DNA from: Dehalococcoidia bacterium
Lineage (GTDB): Bacteria; Chloroflexota; Dehalococcoidia; Plut-88900
Reading direction: 5' to 3'
Assembly (NCBI GenBank): GCA_965197645.1
Contig: OZ240219.1
Location: 2,496,001 to 2,560,000, forward strand
DNA length: 64,000 nucleotides
Part shown: positions 31,091-40,809 of the stretch, piece after piece
Position numbering within the stretch: the stretch's first letter is position 1
How the letters are laid out: every line of letters starts with the position of its first letter
Position numbers and translations under genes: made by a program
The notes under the pieces: model-generated
The model's database searches: none
What the model was told of the DNA's origin: nothing
The model's input: only the letters and a program-made list of their open reading frames with translations

Positions 31091-31840
31091 TCACAAGTAC
31101 TTGCCAAACCACTCCGTGGCCAGCTCCAGAATCCGGTCCATGTGCTCCGTGTCCCTGAGAGCGTGCCCACCACCCTCGATGATCTCCAGCCGCTTGGGCT
31201 CTCCGGCATGCTCATATAGCTCGTGGGCTTGCTCCACCGGCACCAACTCATCATCGCCGCCGTGGATAATCAGAACCGGCGCCGCAAGCCCTTGAATAGC
31301 TTGACATAAATCATACTGGCTAACATCCTCGAAATACGAGGGTTTCAACCTGCGACCCGAAGGCAACTCGAAGTAGCCTTGCCTCTTGTAATCGGCCATT
31401 TGTGCCTCTGACGGCACCTCCGACCTGGAGGGCGTCGCCAGCAACACCATCGCTTTGACCCGAGGATCATCGGCCGCTATCGGCACCTCGCCACCGAAGC
31501 TCGACCCTATGACGCCGATTCTGCCTTGATCGATACGGGTATCCGCCAGCCGGTCCAGGGCCGCCATGTAGTCTTTGATACGGCCGGTCAGCGTAGTATC
31601 CTCGAACTCCCCCTCGCTCTTTTCGTCACCATATCCGCATCCCCGGTAGGAAAATCGGAATGTGGCGAAGCCATGTCGGTTCAGCCTAGGCGCCAGGAAC
31701 GACCATTTGGTGCCGTCCTTGCTCGCCTCGAAGCCATGGGACATCAGGATGCACGGGGCTTCCAGAGATGGCTCGGCCAGATTGCCGTACAGCTTCTGCC
31801 CCTCGCAGTAGAAGGTAACCGGCGCGTCTTGGAGGTTCAT
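31091..31840 (-). CDS. Alpha/beta-fold hydrolase
   Basis: HGF, F.YRGCG, nucleophile elbow GSSFGG, IHG..D..VP and GH motifs. Confidence 0.88.
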   Translation of the reverse strand: MNLQDAPVTFYCEGQKLYGNLAEPSLEAPCILMSHGFEASKDGTKWSFLAPRLNRHGFATFRFSYRGCGYGDEKSEGEFEDTTLTGRIKDYMAALDRLADTRIDQGRIGVIGSSFGGEVPIAADDPRVKAMVLLATPSRSEVPSEAQMADYKRQGYFELPSGRRLKPSYFEDVSQYDLCQAIQGLAAPVLIIHGGDDELVPVEQAHELYEHAGEPKRLEIIEGGGHALRDTEHMDRILELATEWFGKYL

Positions 31841-31980
31841 GTTTGGCCTGCCCACCTCTGAGGAATTTTTCGGATTGTGGGTCATCGCTTTAGTCCTGTC
31901 AACGACCCGTTTCGTCTCGGTCATGTTGCACCTCATCCCAGGTTTCGACTAGAATTGAGATGGTTCCAAGACCCCCTCGA

Positions 31981-32055
31981 GGGCCCGTAGCTCAGCGGCA
32001 GAGCGGTCGGCTCATAACCGATTGGTCCCTGGTTCGAATCCAGGCGGGCCCACCA
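31981..32055 (+). tRNA. tRNA with CAT anticodon, most likely tRNA-Ile2 (lysidine-modified)
   Basis: Cloverleaf: GGGCCCG/CGGGCCC acceptor stem, TAGCTCAG D-arm, GTCGG-CTCATAA-CCGAT anticodon arm, GGTTCGAATCC T-arm, encoded CCA; C4-G69/C5-G68 pairs typical of TilS substrates. Confidence 0.93.
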
Positions 32056-32206
32056 TTTCATAGCTAAGACCTGCGGGGACTCGTACTCTCTGGTCGTGGC
32101 CTACGACTGAGATCCGCCCACGACATCGGAGTCCCCTAGCTCCACCCCATTGCGATCAATTGTAAGTTCTACGGTCGACCAACCAGCGGTTACGGGCGGG
32201 GCTAGC

Positions 32207-33430
32207 CTAGGAGTTTGCCGGGGCCGAGACGGCTATGATGACTAGGTCGCCCTCTGACACCCCTTCCAACACGGACCTGATGGCCGGTGGGGCCTCGAAG
32301 TTGATATAGCCCGAGCCGGAGTTCCGTATGTTGTCCTTTGCCAGGAACGACACCGCCTCCGTCTGGGTCTGAATCCAGACCGTCAGCTCGCGGTTGACGC
32401 CCCCTGCGGAGAAAGACTCTCCGATGTGGATGTCGTCGGCCTCGTTGAACCTGAAAGAACCTGCTTCCGAGAAATAGGCCACCCGGTTCAGCGTCATGCC
32501 GTTCCACGCAAGCGACCCGTCCCGCAATTGGCCGGAGGCGTGCCAGGCAGAGGTCTCCGATGCGTACCAGGCGCGGTCCTGGCTCCCGTTGTTCTTCCGT
32601 CCCCGGTCGCCCACCCGGATCAGTGCGCTGGCGAGAACAGCCTGGTCGTCGCCGGCATCGAAATCGTCCAGGCTGAGGCCCGCGACGACCAGCGTCACCT
32701 CGGCTGACAACATCCTGCCGTCCCCGGTGCAAATGGCCCCCTGGCCAGCGCAGTCCTGCGTGACGGGGAGCACAACGGTCACATCGCCATCGCCGTCCGG
32801 CGTTACGGTGATCTTCCAGCGGACGTTGCCAGGAGGATCCAGCCGCCGGGCGTTCGTCACCTCGCCTCCGGTCACGGTGAAGGCGTGGTCACGCAGTGTC
32901 GCGTAACTGAAGGACGAAACGGGCTCTTCGCTCAAGCGCAGCTCGAAGGTGAAGGCCGTTTGCCCACCGTGAGACGAAGGGGTGTCCAAGAACTCCGCAG
33001 AAAACGCTGTAGAAGAGGCTGTAGCCACCGCAGCCGTCGCCACGCTGGTCCGCGATTCCTCATTCCCTGCGTCGTCGGTGAAAGACACCGTGACTTTGAT
33101 GGCTTTGCCTTCTTCGGAGTCCGTGAGCTGGTACCTCGCTCTGGTGGCCCCTGAGATGTCGACGTCGTCGGCCAGCCACTGGTAGCTGTAGGTCGCGCCG
33201 CTCAGCCCGTCAGCGTCTGCGATGGCCGTAGTGTCCGCCGCGAGAGATTGGCCGACCTGGGCCGTACCGCTTATGGTCGGTTTGCCTGTCGCCTCGTTGT
33301 TGGCCTGGGGGTCTTGCGCCTCCGCCAAGCCGCCCTGATATAGGAACAAAACAAGGGTGCTCAGGACGGCTAATGCCATCCCCGCCACAGCTGGATTAAT
33401 GGCACGCGGCTTGAACAGTTTGAAGATCAT
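32207..33430 (-). CDS. Secreted/surface protein with Ig-like modules
   Basis: Signal peptide ending AEA; ATGKPTISGTAQVG...ADADGL...YQWL and H.G..AFTFELR.SEE...W.ITV.P modules typical of repetitive surface proteins. Confidence 0.7.
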   Translation of the reverse strand: MIFKLFKPRAINPAVAGMALAVLSTLVLFLYQGGLAEAQDPQANNEATGKPTISGTAQVGQSLAADTTAIADADGLSGATYSYQWLADDVDISGATRARYQLTDSEEGKAIKVTVSFTDDAGNEESRTSVATAAVATASSTAFSAEFLDTPSSHGGQTAFTFELRLSEEPVSSFSYATLRDHAFTVTGGEVTNARRLDPPGNVRWKITVTPDGDGDVTVVLPVTQDCAGQGAICTGDGRMLSAEVTLVVAGLSLDDFDAGDDQAVLASALIRVGDRGRKNNGSQDRAWYASETSAWHASGQLRDGSLAWNGMTLNRVAYFSEAGSFRFNEADDIHIGESFSAGGVNRELTVWIQTQTEAVSFLAKDNIRNSGSGYINFEAPPAIRSVLEGVSEGDLVIIAVSAPANS

Positions 33431-33699
33431 GGGTCCCCCTACAGACTTGAATGGCAAAAAGCGCGGCGACGAGCCGAGTAGATGGACATGAAACAGTGGT
33501 TGCCACCAAAAGCGCGATTGCACTCGGCGGTGCGGCACAGGCCGGTTCAAGCCTTCGTTTATCGGATGCCAACAGGGTACCTCCGAAAGAACTGGCTCGC
33601 AAAACTCCGCACATTCTACATCCTAAGCCATATGATGTGTGGAACAGTCAACTCCATTCCCCGTCGAATCTCTGTACAATCCTTTACACAGAAGGCAAG

Positions 33700-33880
33700 A
33701 TTGCGCGCAGACGGCCCGACGAGCCCTCGGTCCACGTAGGGCGGGTGATGACCCACGACCAACTTCTGCAATGGGGTCTGGGGTCCGGAGAAAACGGGCC
33801 AACCCTGGCTGGTCCGCGAAGTGGTGTAGAGGCTCCGCCGCAAGCTGGGTGACGCGAATTCGGTTATCACCCGTCCGCCA
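33700..33880 (+). pseudogene. Remnant of an OmpR-type winged-helix (trans_reg_C) domain
   Basis: GRVMTHDQLLQ...LVREVV*RLRRKLGD with a frameshift and a stop; resembles the C-terminus of 37765-40161. Confidence 0.6.
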
Positions 33881-34057
33881 GCCGTGTCACCTCTTTCCAC
33901 TCCCAGATCCTTCATCTCCTCTTCCGTCAAGTTCATGCTGAGAATTTCCTTATCGATGCAGCCAGCCTCAAGCATGCGTGCGACGAGGTCCCGGTCCATG
34001 CCTTTAATGGCTTCGGTGATCTCCGGCTGATGCTGAAGACCTACAGGGAACAGCACG

Positions 34058-34273
34058 GCTAACGTGGCCGTTCGTTACATACTCGATCGCCCTGCCGTTG
34101 CGGGCGTTGCTGTTGGTGTACGGCTGGGGGTCGCCCAACATATTCAGGATAACACCCGGGCATTCGACATATCTCTGAGCGAGGAAGACGGAGAGCGGAT
34201 CCGGGCGGTCGTAGATAAATCGAGTAACCTGTTCTCAATTGTCGGCGACTGCGGAGACGAGTACCGCCGCTAG
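34058..34273 (+). pseudogene. C-terminal fragment of an aldo/keto reductase
   Basis: VAVRYILDRPAVAGV.VG.R....HI.DN..AFD..LS.ED...I; no N-terminal part upstream. Confidence 0.65.
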
Positions 34274-34404
34274 GTTGAGATGCACATAACAGGAGCATCG
34301 CCATGACTCTTCGTCCGGGCTCCGTAGAGGCCGAGGGATTTGGAGTGGGTCAGTGCCGCCGCACAGCATGATTGACCATGTTCCGCCAACCGCAGACAAA
34401 ATGG

Positions 34405-34520
34405 GCACTATCTGTTCCCGTTGCAGGTGTTCGAATACCCGGTCGAGTACGCCGTTCTTAGACCAGCGGTTCATGCGGGTGTAGATGGTGTGCCAGTTGC
34501 CATACCTGAGCGGCAACCGT
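34405..34520 (-). pseudogene. IS5-family transposase fragment
   Basis: LP.RYGNWHTIYTRMNRWSKNGVLDRVFEHLQ, characteristic of the IS5 (DUF4096) N-terminus. Confidence 0.7.
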
Positions 34521-34800
34521 TCGACCTTCGCGCAACCTAAACGGAAGTCCTGAGTCCGAAGCGCCACTCCAACCGAGAAGTCCATGACAAAGCCTACCGA
34601 ACGATTAGTCGATGATTTACATCAACTCTAGACGGTTACTATTGCAGTTTGCGGTTGAAGATAGGTTGCAACTCCAATATAGTACCTGCGAGAGAGAATA
34701 GCAGACTTGGGGAAAGTCACTTGCCTGGAAACTGGAATCTCTCTAGAAACCGCGAGGTCGAAAGTGCGCTCCCCGCCGAGGAGTGGAAGGATGTGCGAAC

Positions 34801-37269
34801 GTGACGAAGGTCCTTGACGCGCTGACTTGGCTGGTCACCGTCCAGCCCATCGCCACGCTTCTCGTACTGCTGGCTGTCACCGTCGCGCTTGGCGCGGGGT
34901 TCACCCGGCTTGCTCCCCAGGCCGAAGCCACGGTATTCCTCCCCCAAGACAGCAGGGCGGCAACCGCCTCCAACAAGATCGCGGCCCTGTTCGGAGGCTC
35001 CAATGACACCATAACGGCGACGCTGCTCTTTCGCGGGAACGGGAACGCAGTCCTGACTCCCGAGGGTCTGAGCCAGATGGACGGCGTGCTGAGCCGGGTC
35101 GCTTCCGATCCCAGGGTCGCCCCGCTGCTGGCGCCTCCAAATCCGGTCATCGCTCCCACCAACATGCTGGCCTCCGTCCTTGGCGTCAACGACTTCGCCC
35201 CGCTGTCGCAGCAGCAGATCGATCAGGCGGCGTCGCAGGTCCCTATAGACCGGCTGGTGGGGACCGACTCCGACGGCGCCCAGGTTGCGATAGCCACCGT
35301 GCGTCTGCTCACGGACGCGGACGGAGACGGAGATGCCGAAGACGACGCCGCTGCCCTCACCCAGGCCCAGCTCGCCATCCGGGACCTCGCAGAGGAGAGC
35401 CAGGGGCCGCTTGAAGGCGGCAGCCTGTCTTCGGCCACGGTTTCCGAGGAGACCGGGGGCGCCACCGGCTCTCAGATGATCCTGTTGATGGGACTGGCCC
35501 TGCTGGTGATAGCCGCTCTGCTGCTGTTGTTCACCCGCTCCCTCTTCGACCTGCTGATGTCGTTGCTGGGACTGGTGATGACCATCGTGTGGATGATGGG
35601 TGCGCAGGGCTGGCTCGGACCCAACGGCCTCGGGGTGATCGGCCCGCCCAACATCTTGACCACCATGGTGCCGATCATGCTCATCGGGCTGGTGGTGGAC
35701 TACGCTATCCAGACGGTTGGGCGGTACCGCGAGCAGCGCAACGAGGGGCATCAGGTCGAGGCAGCCGCTCGTCTGGGACTGCGGTTGGTAATCATTCCCC
35801 TCTCGCTGGCCGCTGTCACCACCATAGTCTCTTTCCTGACCAACCTCACCTCTCCGATCCCTGCCAGCGGCGACTTCGGCGTTGTCGCGGGCATCGGGGT
35901 GGGAGCGGGCCTCGTCGTCATGCTGACGCTGCTCTCGTCGTCGCGGGCGCTGCTTGATCGCTGGCGGGCGGGCCGTGGCTCACTGCCCCCCGCCCGCCCG
36001 ATTTCCGGCGCCATACCCGGTGTGGGCCCGGCGGTCGAGGCGCTGGGAGGCATGTTGGCCCGCAGGCCGATGCCGTTCCTGCTGGTCATCGGCGTCGTTA
36101 CCCTGCTGTTGGGCGTCACCTCCACCTACATCGTCACGGTGTTCAACACCAACGACTTCCTGCCCTCCGGCGGCGAAGCCATCCGCCACATCGAGACCCT
36201 CGACGAGGCCTTCGGCGGCTCCACCGGCACGGTGAAGGTGCTGATAGAGACCGAGATCACCGACGACCGCACCGTCCGTAACATCCTCGATTTCAGCGTG
36301 GCGTTCTCGGACGACCTGCGCCGGCCCGAGGGAGTGGTCGGCGGCATCGAGTCGTCCCTCGGCCTCCTGCTGGTCGACTGGATCGCCGACGACGGCACGC
36401 CAGGCGACAACTACGACTCCCAGCTGCGCGAGATGACTCTGGCGGCGGACGACTTCCGCCTCGACCCCGTGGAGATACAAGCGGTCATCGACCGGCTGGA
36501 AGAGCTGGACCCCGAGGGCTTCGCGCAGGTTGCGGTCGACGACCCCAATGGGCCGGATACTCTGCTGATCCAGTTCAAGGCCCTCAAGGGCGACCAGGAG
36601 CGGGCCCAGCGCATGGTAGACGACATAGACGGGCTGTGGTTCGGGCCGCAGGAGGAGATGACGCCGACGTCCGGCGAGATAGTTGGGATCGAAGTGGCCA
36701 ACGCGCTGACCGGCAATCAGACGACCGGGATCATCATCACCATCATCGCCGCGCTCGTCATCCTCTGCCTGTTCTTCTGGATCACCGGGGGCCGTCCTGC
36801 GCTCGGCTTCATAGCCGTCGCTCCCATCGTGATGGCGCTTTTCTGCGTCCTGGGGACCATGACGCTGTTGGGGATTCCGTACAACGTGATAACGGCGCTG
36901 ATCACGGCGCTGTCCATCGGGATCGGTGTGGACTACACTATCCACATCATCCACCGCTATCAGGAGGAGTTCGCCCACTCCAGAGACGCCGAGGCGGCCG
37001 CGCGGCGCACCCTAAGGACCACGGGCTCGGCCTTGCTGGGCTCTGCGCTGACCACCGCGCTCGGCTTAGGGGTGCTGATCTTCTCGTCGCTGCCGCCGTT
37101 CCAGCAGTTCGGGATGGTCACAGCAATCACCATAGCCTACTCGCTGATCGCCGCCATCGTGGTTGTGCCGCCGGCGATGATCCTGTGGGCCGCCTACCAG
37201 AACTACCGGCTGCGCAGCACCCTCACACGCGCCGAACGGGAACTCGCCGATACTCCGCGAGCGCAGTAG
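34801..37269 (+). CDS. MMPL/RND-family transporter
   Basis: Two TM bundles with GLVVDY and GIGVDY motifs separated by large extracytoplasmic loops; alternative start at 34783. Confidence 0.88.
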   Translation: MTKVLDALTWLVTVQPIATLLVLLAVTVALGAGFTRLAPQAEATVFLPQDSRAATASNKIAALFGGSNDTITATLLFRGNGNAVLTPEGLSQMDGVLSRVASDPRVAPLLAPPNPVIAPTNMLASVLGVNDFAPLSQQQIDQAASQVPIDRLVGTDSDGAQVAIATVRLLTDADGDGDAEDDAAALTQAQLAIRDLAEESQGPLEGGSLSSATVSEETGGATGSQMILLMGLALLVIAALLLLFTRSLFDLLMSLLGLVMTIVWMMGAQGWLGPNGLGVIGPPNILTTMVPIMLIGLVVDYAIQTVGRYREQRNEGHQVEAAARLGLRLVIIPLSLAAVTTIVSFLTNLTSPIPASGDFGVVAGIGVGAGLVVMLTLLSSSRALLDRWRAGRGSLPPARPISGAIPGVGPAVEALGGMLARRPMPFLLVIGVVTLLLGVTSTYIVTVFNTNDFLPSGGEAIRHIETLDEAFGGSTGTVKVLIETEITDDRTVRNILDFSVAFSDDLRRPEGVVGGIESSLGLLLVDWIADDGTPGDNYDSQLREMTLAADDFRLDPVEIQAVIDRLEELDPEGFAQVAVDDPNGPDTLLIQFKALKGDQERAQRMVDDIDGLWFGPQEEMTPTSGEIVGIEVANALTGNQTTGIIITIIAALVILCLFFWITGGRPALGFIAVAPIVMALFCVLGTMTLLGIPYNVITALITALSIGIGVDYTIHIIHRYQEEFAHSRDAEAAARRTLRTTGSALLGSALTTALGLGVLIFSSLPPFQQFGMVTAITIAYSLIAAIVVVPPAMILWAAYQNYRLRSTLTRAERELADTPRAQ

Positions 37270-37626
37270 ACATGCCGGAGCAGGCGATCAACTGGATGAG
37301 AGGCGGCGGTTATGATATCTCATGCGGCGTCGACCTGACGCCATCTCTTCTCATACCTCCCAGAACGAGGTTTTGGGCGACGTGCCAGTTGACCGTGAAA
37401 CGCTTCCGCCCGGCCCCTTCAACTCCACGACGCCTATGGGCAGGCCGTTGACGAACAACACCATGTCCGGCGTGTGAGTGTTCCTGTTCTCGGAGACGGT
37501 GAACTGGTTGACAGCAAACCAGTCGTTAATCCTCAGAGGTCAGAGGCTCGCGTGGTAAGTGATGGGGTACCCCAGTTGACCTAGAGGACGACCTCCCACC
37601 GAAAAGTTCGCAATTCAGTCTTACAT

Positions 37627-37635
37627 GGCCCACCA
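37627..37635 (+). repeat. Direct repeat of the tRNA 3' end (att-like site)
   Basis: GGCCCACCA equals 32047-32055; upstream GTTCGCAATTCAGTC loosely resembles the tRNA T-arm GTTCGAATCCAGGC. Confidence 0.55.
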
Positions 37636-37642
37636 CCGCTTA

Positions 37643-37653
37643 CGGTAGATACC
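37643..37653 (-). repeat. Left inverted core GGTATCTACCG (putative recombination junction)
   Basis: Reverse complement matches 63048-63058 GGTATCTTCCG at 10 of 11 positions and lies in the same reading frame (V-S codons GTA TCT). Confidence 0.6.
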
Positions 37654-37764
37654 GCCATCTTCGAGATGTCGCTCGGCAGCCTGTCGGCGCACCGAGGTCT
37701 GTCGATTCCCGTAGTGTGACGTGTAGGGACGGTCGAACGTAGGGAGCGTCTCGCCATTGGGACT

Positions 37765-40161
37765 TCACTCTCTCTGCGTCTCGCCCTTGGGCATCCGGTA
37801 GCCGACGCGAGGCTCGGTGAAGATGTAGGTGGGATTGTCCGCATCGTCGCCCAGCTTGCGGCGGAGGCTGCTAACGATGGTCCTCATGGCGCGAACGTCG
37901 CTGTCGGTCTTCTCCCCCCACACCCGTTGCAGCAGATGCTCGTAGGTCAACACACGTCCTCCGTTCGCCGAAAGCTCGGCGAGCAGCCGGTACTCGATGG
38001 CCATCAGCTGGAGCGGACGGCCTGCGAGCGTCACACGGCGTTCGCCGTAGTTGACCACGAGGCCGCCCAGCACATACGGCTCTGACGACTCGGACGCCGC
38101 CCGCTTCCGCAGGGCCGCCCTGATCCTCGCCGCAAGCTCAGTTGGCGAGAAGGGCTTGGCGACGTAATCCACGGCCCCCATGTCCAAGGCCCTGGCAACA
38201 AGCTGGTCCTGTCCATAGGCGGACAGGAAGATCACCGGCACGTCCACCGCCTCCAGGATGTCCTTCATCAACTCGATCCCGTCGGCGCCCGGCAGCATCA
38301 TGTCGAGCAAGACAAGATCGGGCTTCTCGTCTACCACGAGGCGGAGCGCCTCTCCCGGGTCCCCAGTCACCAGCGGCGCATAGCCCGCCCTGTTGAGGGC
38401 GTCGCTGACGTACCTGAGCGCCTGGGGGTCGTCGTCCACCGCAAGGACGCGCACCGGTTGACCCGCCTCCCCCACCGCTCGCTGTGAGGAGCGGACCGAG
38501 CGCGGCGTGGGGACGCTCGCCGTGCCGCTCCCGGACTCTTCGACAGACGGAAGCGTGAAGGTGAACCGCGCTCCCATGCCCGGCCCCTCGCTCTCCGCCC
38601 AGATGCGGCCCCCGTGCGCCTCCACTATCCCCTTGCAGATGGCGAGGCCCAGGCCAGACCCGAGAACACCGCTTCCGCGTTCGTCGCCCTCGATCCGGGT
38701 GAACTTCCGAAACAGGAAGGGCAGCTGCTCAGAGGGTATGCCCCTGCCCTCGTCGGCGACCGAGACCGCAACGTAAAGGCCCTCCCGCACGGCGGACACC
38801 CTGATGACGGACGACTCCGAGGAGTGCCGGGCGGCGTTGGACAGCAGGTTGCCCAGCACCTGCACGATGCGCAGCCGGTCCGCCATGACCAGGGGCAGGT
38901 CGGGTCCGATCTCGATGGCGAGGTTGTTCCTGCCTCCTGAGCTGATGAAGGCGCTCCTTGCCCGGTCCACCAGCGCAGCCACCTCCGCAGGTTCCGGGGC
39001 GACCGGCAGCGTGCCCGTCTCGATGCGGGCCACGTCCAGCAGGTCGGCCACGAGTTCGTGCATGTGGTCGGCCTGCTCCTCGATGATGCGGAAGAACTGG
39101 CGGACCACTGCGGGGTCCATGTCGGTGGACGAACCCAGCACCGTTGCCGCGGAACCCTTGATGGAGGTCAGCGGCCCCCGCAGCTCGTGGCTCACCATCC
39201 CCAGGAACTCGGCGCGCAGCCGCTCAAGCTCCTCCAGGGCCGTCATGTCCTGGAGGGTGACCACCACCGACTCCAGCTCGCCTTCCTCGGAGCGGATGGG
39301 CGTGGCATTGATGATGGTCGTGACGCTCCGCCCGTCGGCTACCTGCATCACGATCTCCTCGGCCCGCACCGTCTCCCCTGTGCTCAGCGCCTGCGCTATC
39401 GGGAACTCTTGCAGCGAAATCTCCCGCCCGTCGGCTCGCCGGTAGGTCAGCGTCTGAAGCAGCTCCTCCACCGTCTGGTCCGGGTTGCGCAGGCCGTCGA
39501 CGATCCTCCTCCCTTCCCGGTTGAGCGACGACGGGGCTCCGGTCTTCGCATCGAAGACCACCACGCCCACGGGGCAGGTGTTGACGAGGGTCTCCAGGTC
39601 GGCCCTGGCCCGCTGCTCCTCCCTGTGCCTGCGGGCGTTGGTAATGGCCATCGCAGCCTGGGACGCGAACATCAGCAGCGTGTCCTCGTCCTCCTGGGTG
39701 AACTCAAGGCCCCCCTCCTTGTCCGATAGATAGAGGTTGCCGATGTGTCGCCCCCTGTGACGGATGGGCGCGCCCAGAAAGCCCTGCACCGGCCCCAGGG
39801 GAGGGCCGATCTCCGGTAGACCCAGCGCCGTCGTGTAGGCGGAGAAGTCGGAGACCCTGAGCGGTTCGGGAAGGCTGCTCAGGTGGGCGAAGAACTCCGG
39901 TCCCCCCGGCAGATCGACGAACCGCTGGCGCTCTTCGGCGGTCATCCCGGAGGTGATGAACGACATCAACTCCCCCGCCTCGTCGAGGGCGGTAAGGCCG
40001 CTGATCCTCGCGCCGGTGAGGGAGCGTGCCGCGTCCACCACCTCTTGCAGGACGGTGTCGAGGTCGAGGTCCTCGGTGATGCGGACGCCCGCCTCACTCA
40101 GTCCGGAGAGGCGGTTCCGCAGGGTTTCAATCTCCCGTTTCAGGCTGTCTGCTGGCTCCAA
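37765..40161 (-). CDS. Fused signalling protein GAF-PAS-HisKA-HATPase-REC-wHTH
   Basis: SHELRGPLTSI, NLLSNA, DEGRGI, GSGLGLAI; REC (VDDD, LLDMMLP, KPF); trans_reg_C (LRRKLGDD...TEPRVGYR); TTG start after GAGGTGG. Confidence 0.92.
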   Translation of the reverse strand: MEPADSLKREIETLRNRLSGLSEAGVRITEDLDLDTVLQEVVDAARSLTGARISGLTALDEAGELMSFITSGMTAEERQRFVDLPGGPEFFAHLSSLPEPLRVSDFSAYTTALGLPEIGPPLGPVQGFLGAPIRHRGRHIGNLYLSDKEGGLEFTQEDEDTLLMFASQAAMAITNARRHREEQRARADLETLVNTCPVGVVVFDAKTGAPSSLNREGRRIVDGLRNPDQTVEELLQTLTYRRADGREISLQEFPIAQALSTGETVRAEEIVMQVADGRSVTTIINATPIRSEEGELESVVVTLQDMTALEELERLRAEFLGMVSHELRGPLTSIKGSAATVLGSSTDMDPAVVRQFFRIIEEQADHMHELVADLLDVARIETGTLPVAPEPAEVAALVDRARSAFISSGGRNNLAIEIGPDLPLVMADRLRIVQVLGNLLSNAARHSSESSVIRVSAVREGLYVAVSVADEGRGIPSEQLPFLFRKFTRIEGDERGSGVLGSGLGLAICKGIVEAHGGRIWAESEGPGMGARFTFTLPSVEESGSGTASVPTPRSVRSSQRAVGEAGQPVRVLAVDDDPQALRYVSDALNRAGYAPLVTGDPGEALRLVVDEKPDLVLLDMMLPGADGIELMKDILEAVDVPVIFLSAYGQDQLVARALDMGAVDYVAKPFSPTELAARIRAALRKRAASESSEPYVLGGLVVNYGERRVTLAGRPLQLMAIEYRLLAELSANGGRVLTYEHLLQRVWGEKTDSDVRAMRTIVSSLRRKLGDDADNPTYIFTEPRVGYRMPKGETQRE

Positions 40162-40252
40162 TGCGCCACCTCGCTTGTGCTGCGGAAGACCCCATACTCC
40201 CACCTCATTGACCGGCTGGAATGGGGACAACCGGGGCAATTCTAGCATTTTG

Positions 40253-40324
40253 GTCGAAAGTTGATAAGACATTACGGAAAACACGTCGAAAGTTGATAGC
40301 GAGTTGATACGCGTGCGGTATAGT
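40253..40324 (+). promoter_or_regulatory. Direct-repeat operator plus -10 box upstream of the FN3 gene
   Basis: GTCGAAAGTTGATA twice (40253, 40285), AGTTGATA again 11 bp after the second (40302), then TATAGT at 40319-40324. Confidence 0.6.
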
Positions 40325-40478
40325 GGGGAGTGACTTTGCCCGATTGAGGGAGATATTCACTTGGCGTTCGACAGGCCGATACCTGCAACAGAGACAGCGG
40401 GCGCACCGGTGGCGGAAGCCGCCGCGACAGCCGCGCTTGAGGCCGTCTTCGCCCGCTGCGTATTCGCACAGATGTTCA

Positions 40479-40493
40479 CCCCCCCCCCCCCCC
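40479..40493 (+). repeat. Poly-C tract (C15)
   Basis: 15 consecutive C in the intergenic region between the kinase and FN3 genes. Confidence 0.85.
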
Positions 40494-40809
40494 GATTTTC
40501 GTCGCCAGCCCGTAGCCGGGCCTCTCTCTTTCGCTTCGAACCCTCTCACCTCCGCCGCGTCGCCGCACGCCCGGAGCACACGCCGCTTTCGGACGGCGCA
40601 CCCAACGCCACTAGGGAGCGGGCAAGCCTCTTGCCGACCGACTTCGCCCGTCCGCCGTCTCTCATATCAACCGTCGCTGCCCGCGACCCTCCACTAGGAG
40701 CGCGCCCGTGGGTGCCACACCTCGTACATCGACGCAGGCTCACGCCAGCCACCCCGTTGGACGGAGGCCCGGCGACGGCCACACACAACACACACAAGGA
40801 GGAGAAACC

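Larger units (their letters stand above)
32056..37635. mobile_element. Decayed tRNA-anchored cargo island with no integrase visible
   Basis: Begins at the tRNA 3' end and ends at GGCCCACCA (37627-37635), identical to tRNA 32047-32055; contains gene fragments and an IS remnant. Confidence 0.5.

Noticed and set aside
31981-32055. tRNA-Met assignment from the CAT anticodon
   Set aside because: It has a paired G1-C72 and no run of three G-C pairs in the anticodon stem, so it is not an initiator; the acceptor stem fits Ile2. Elongator Met is not fully excluded.
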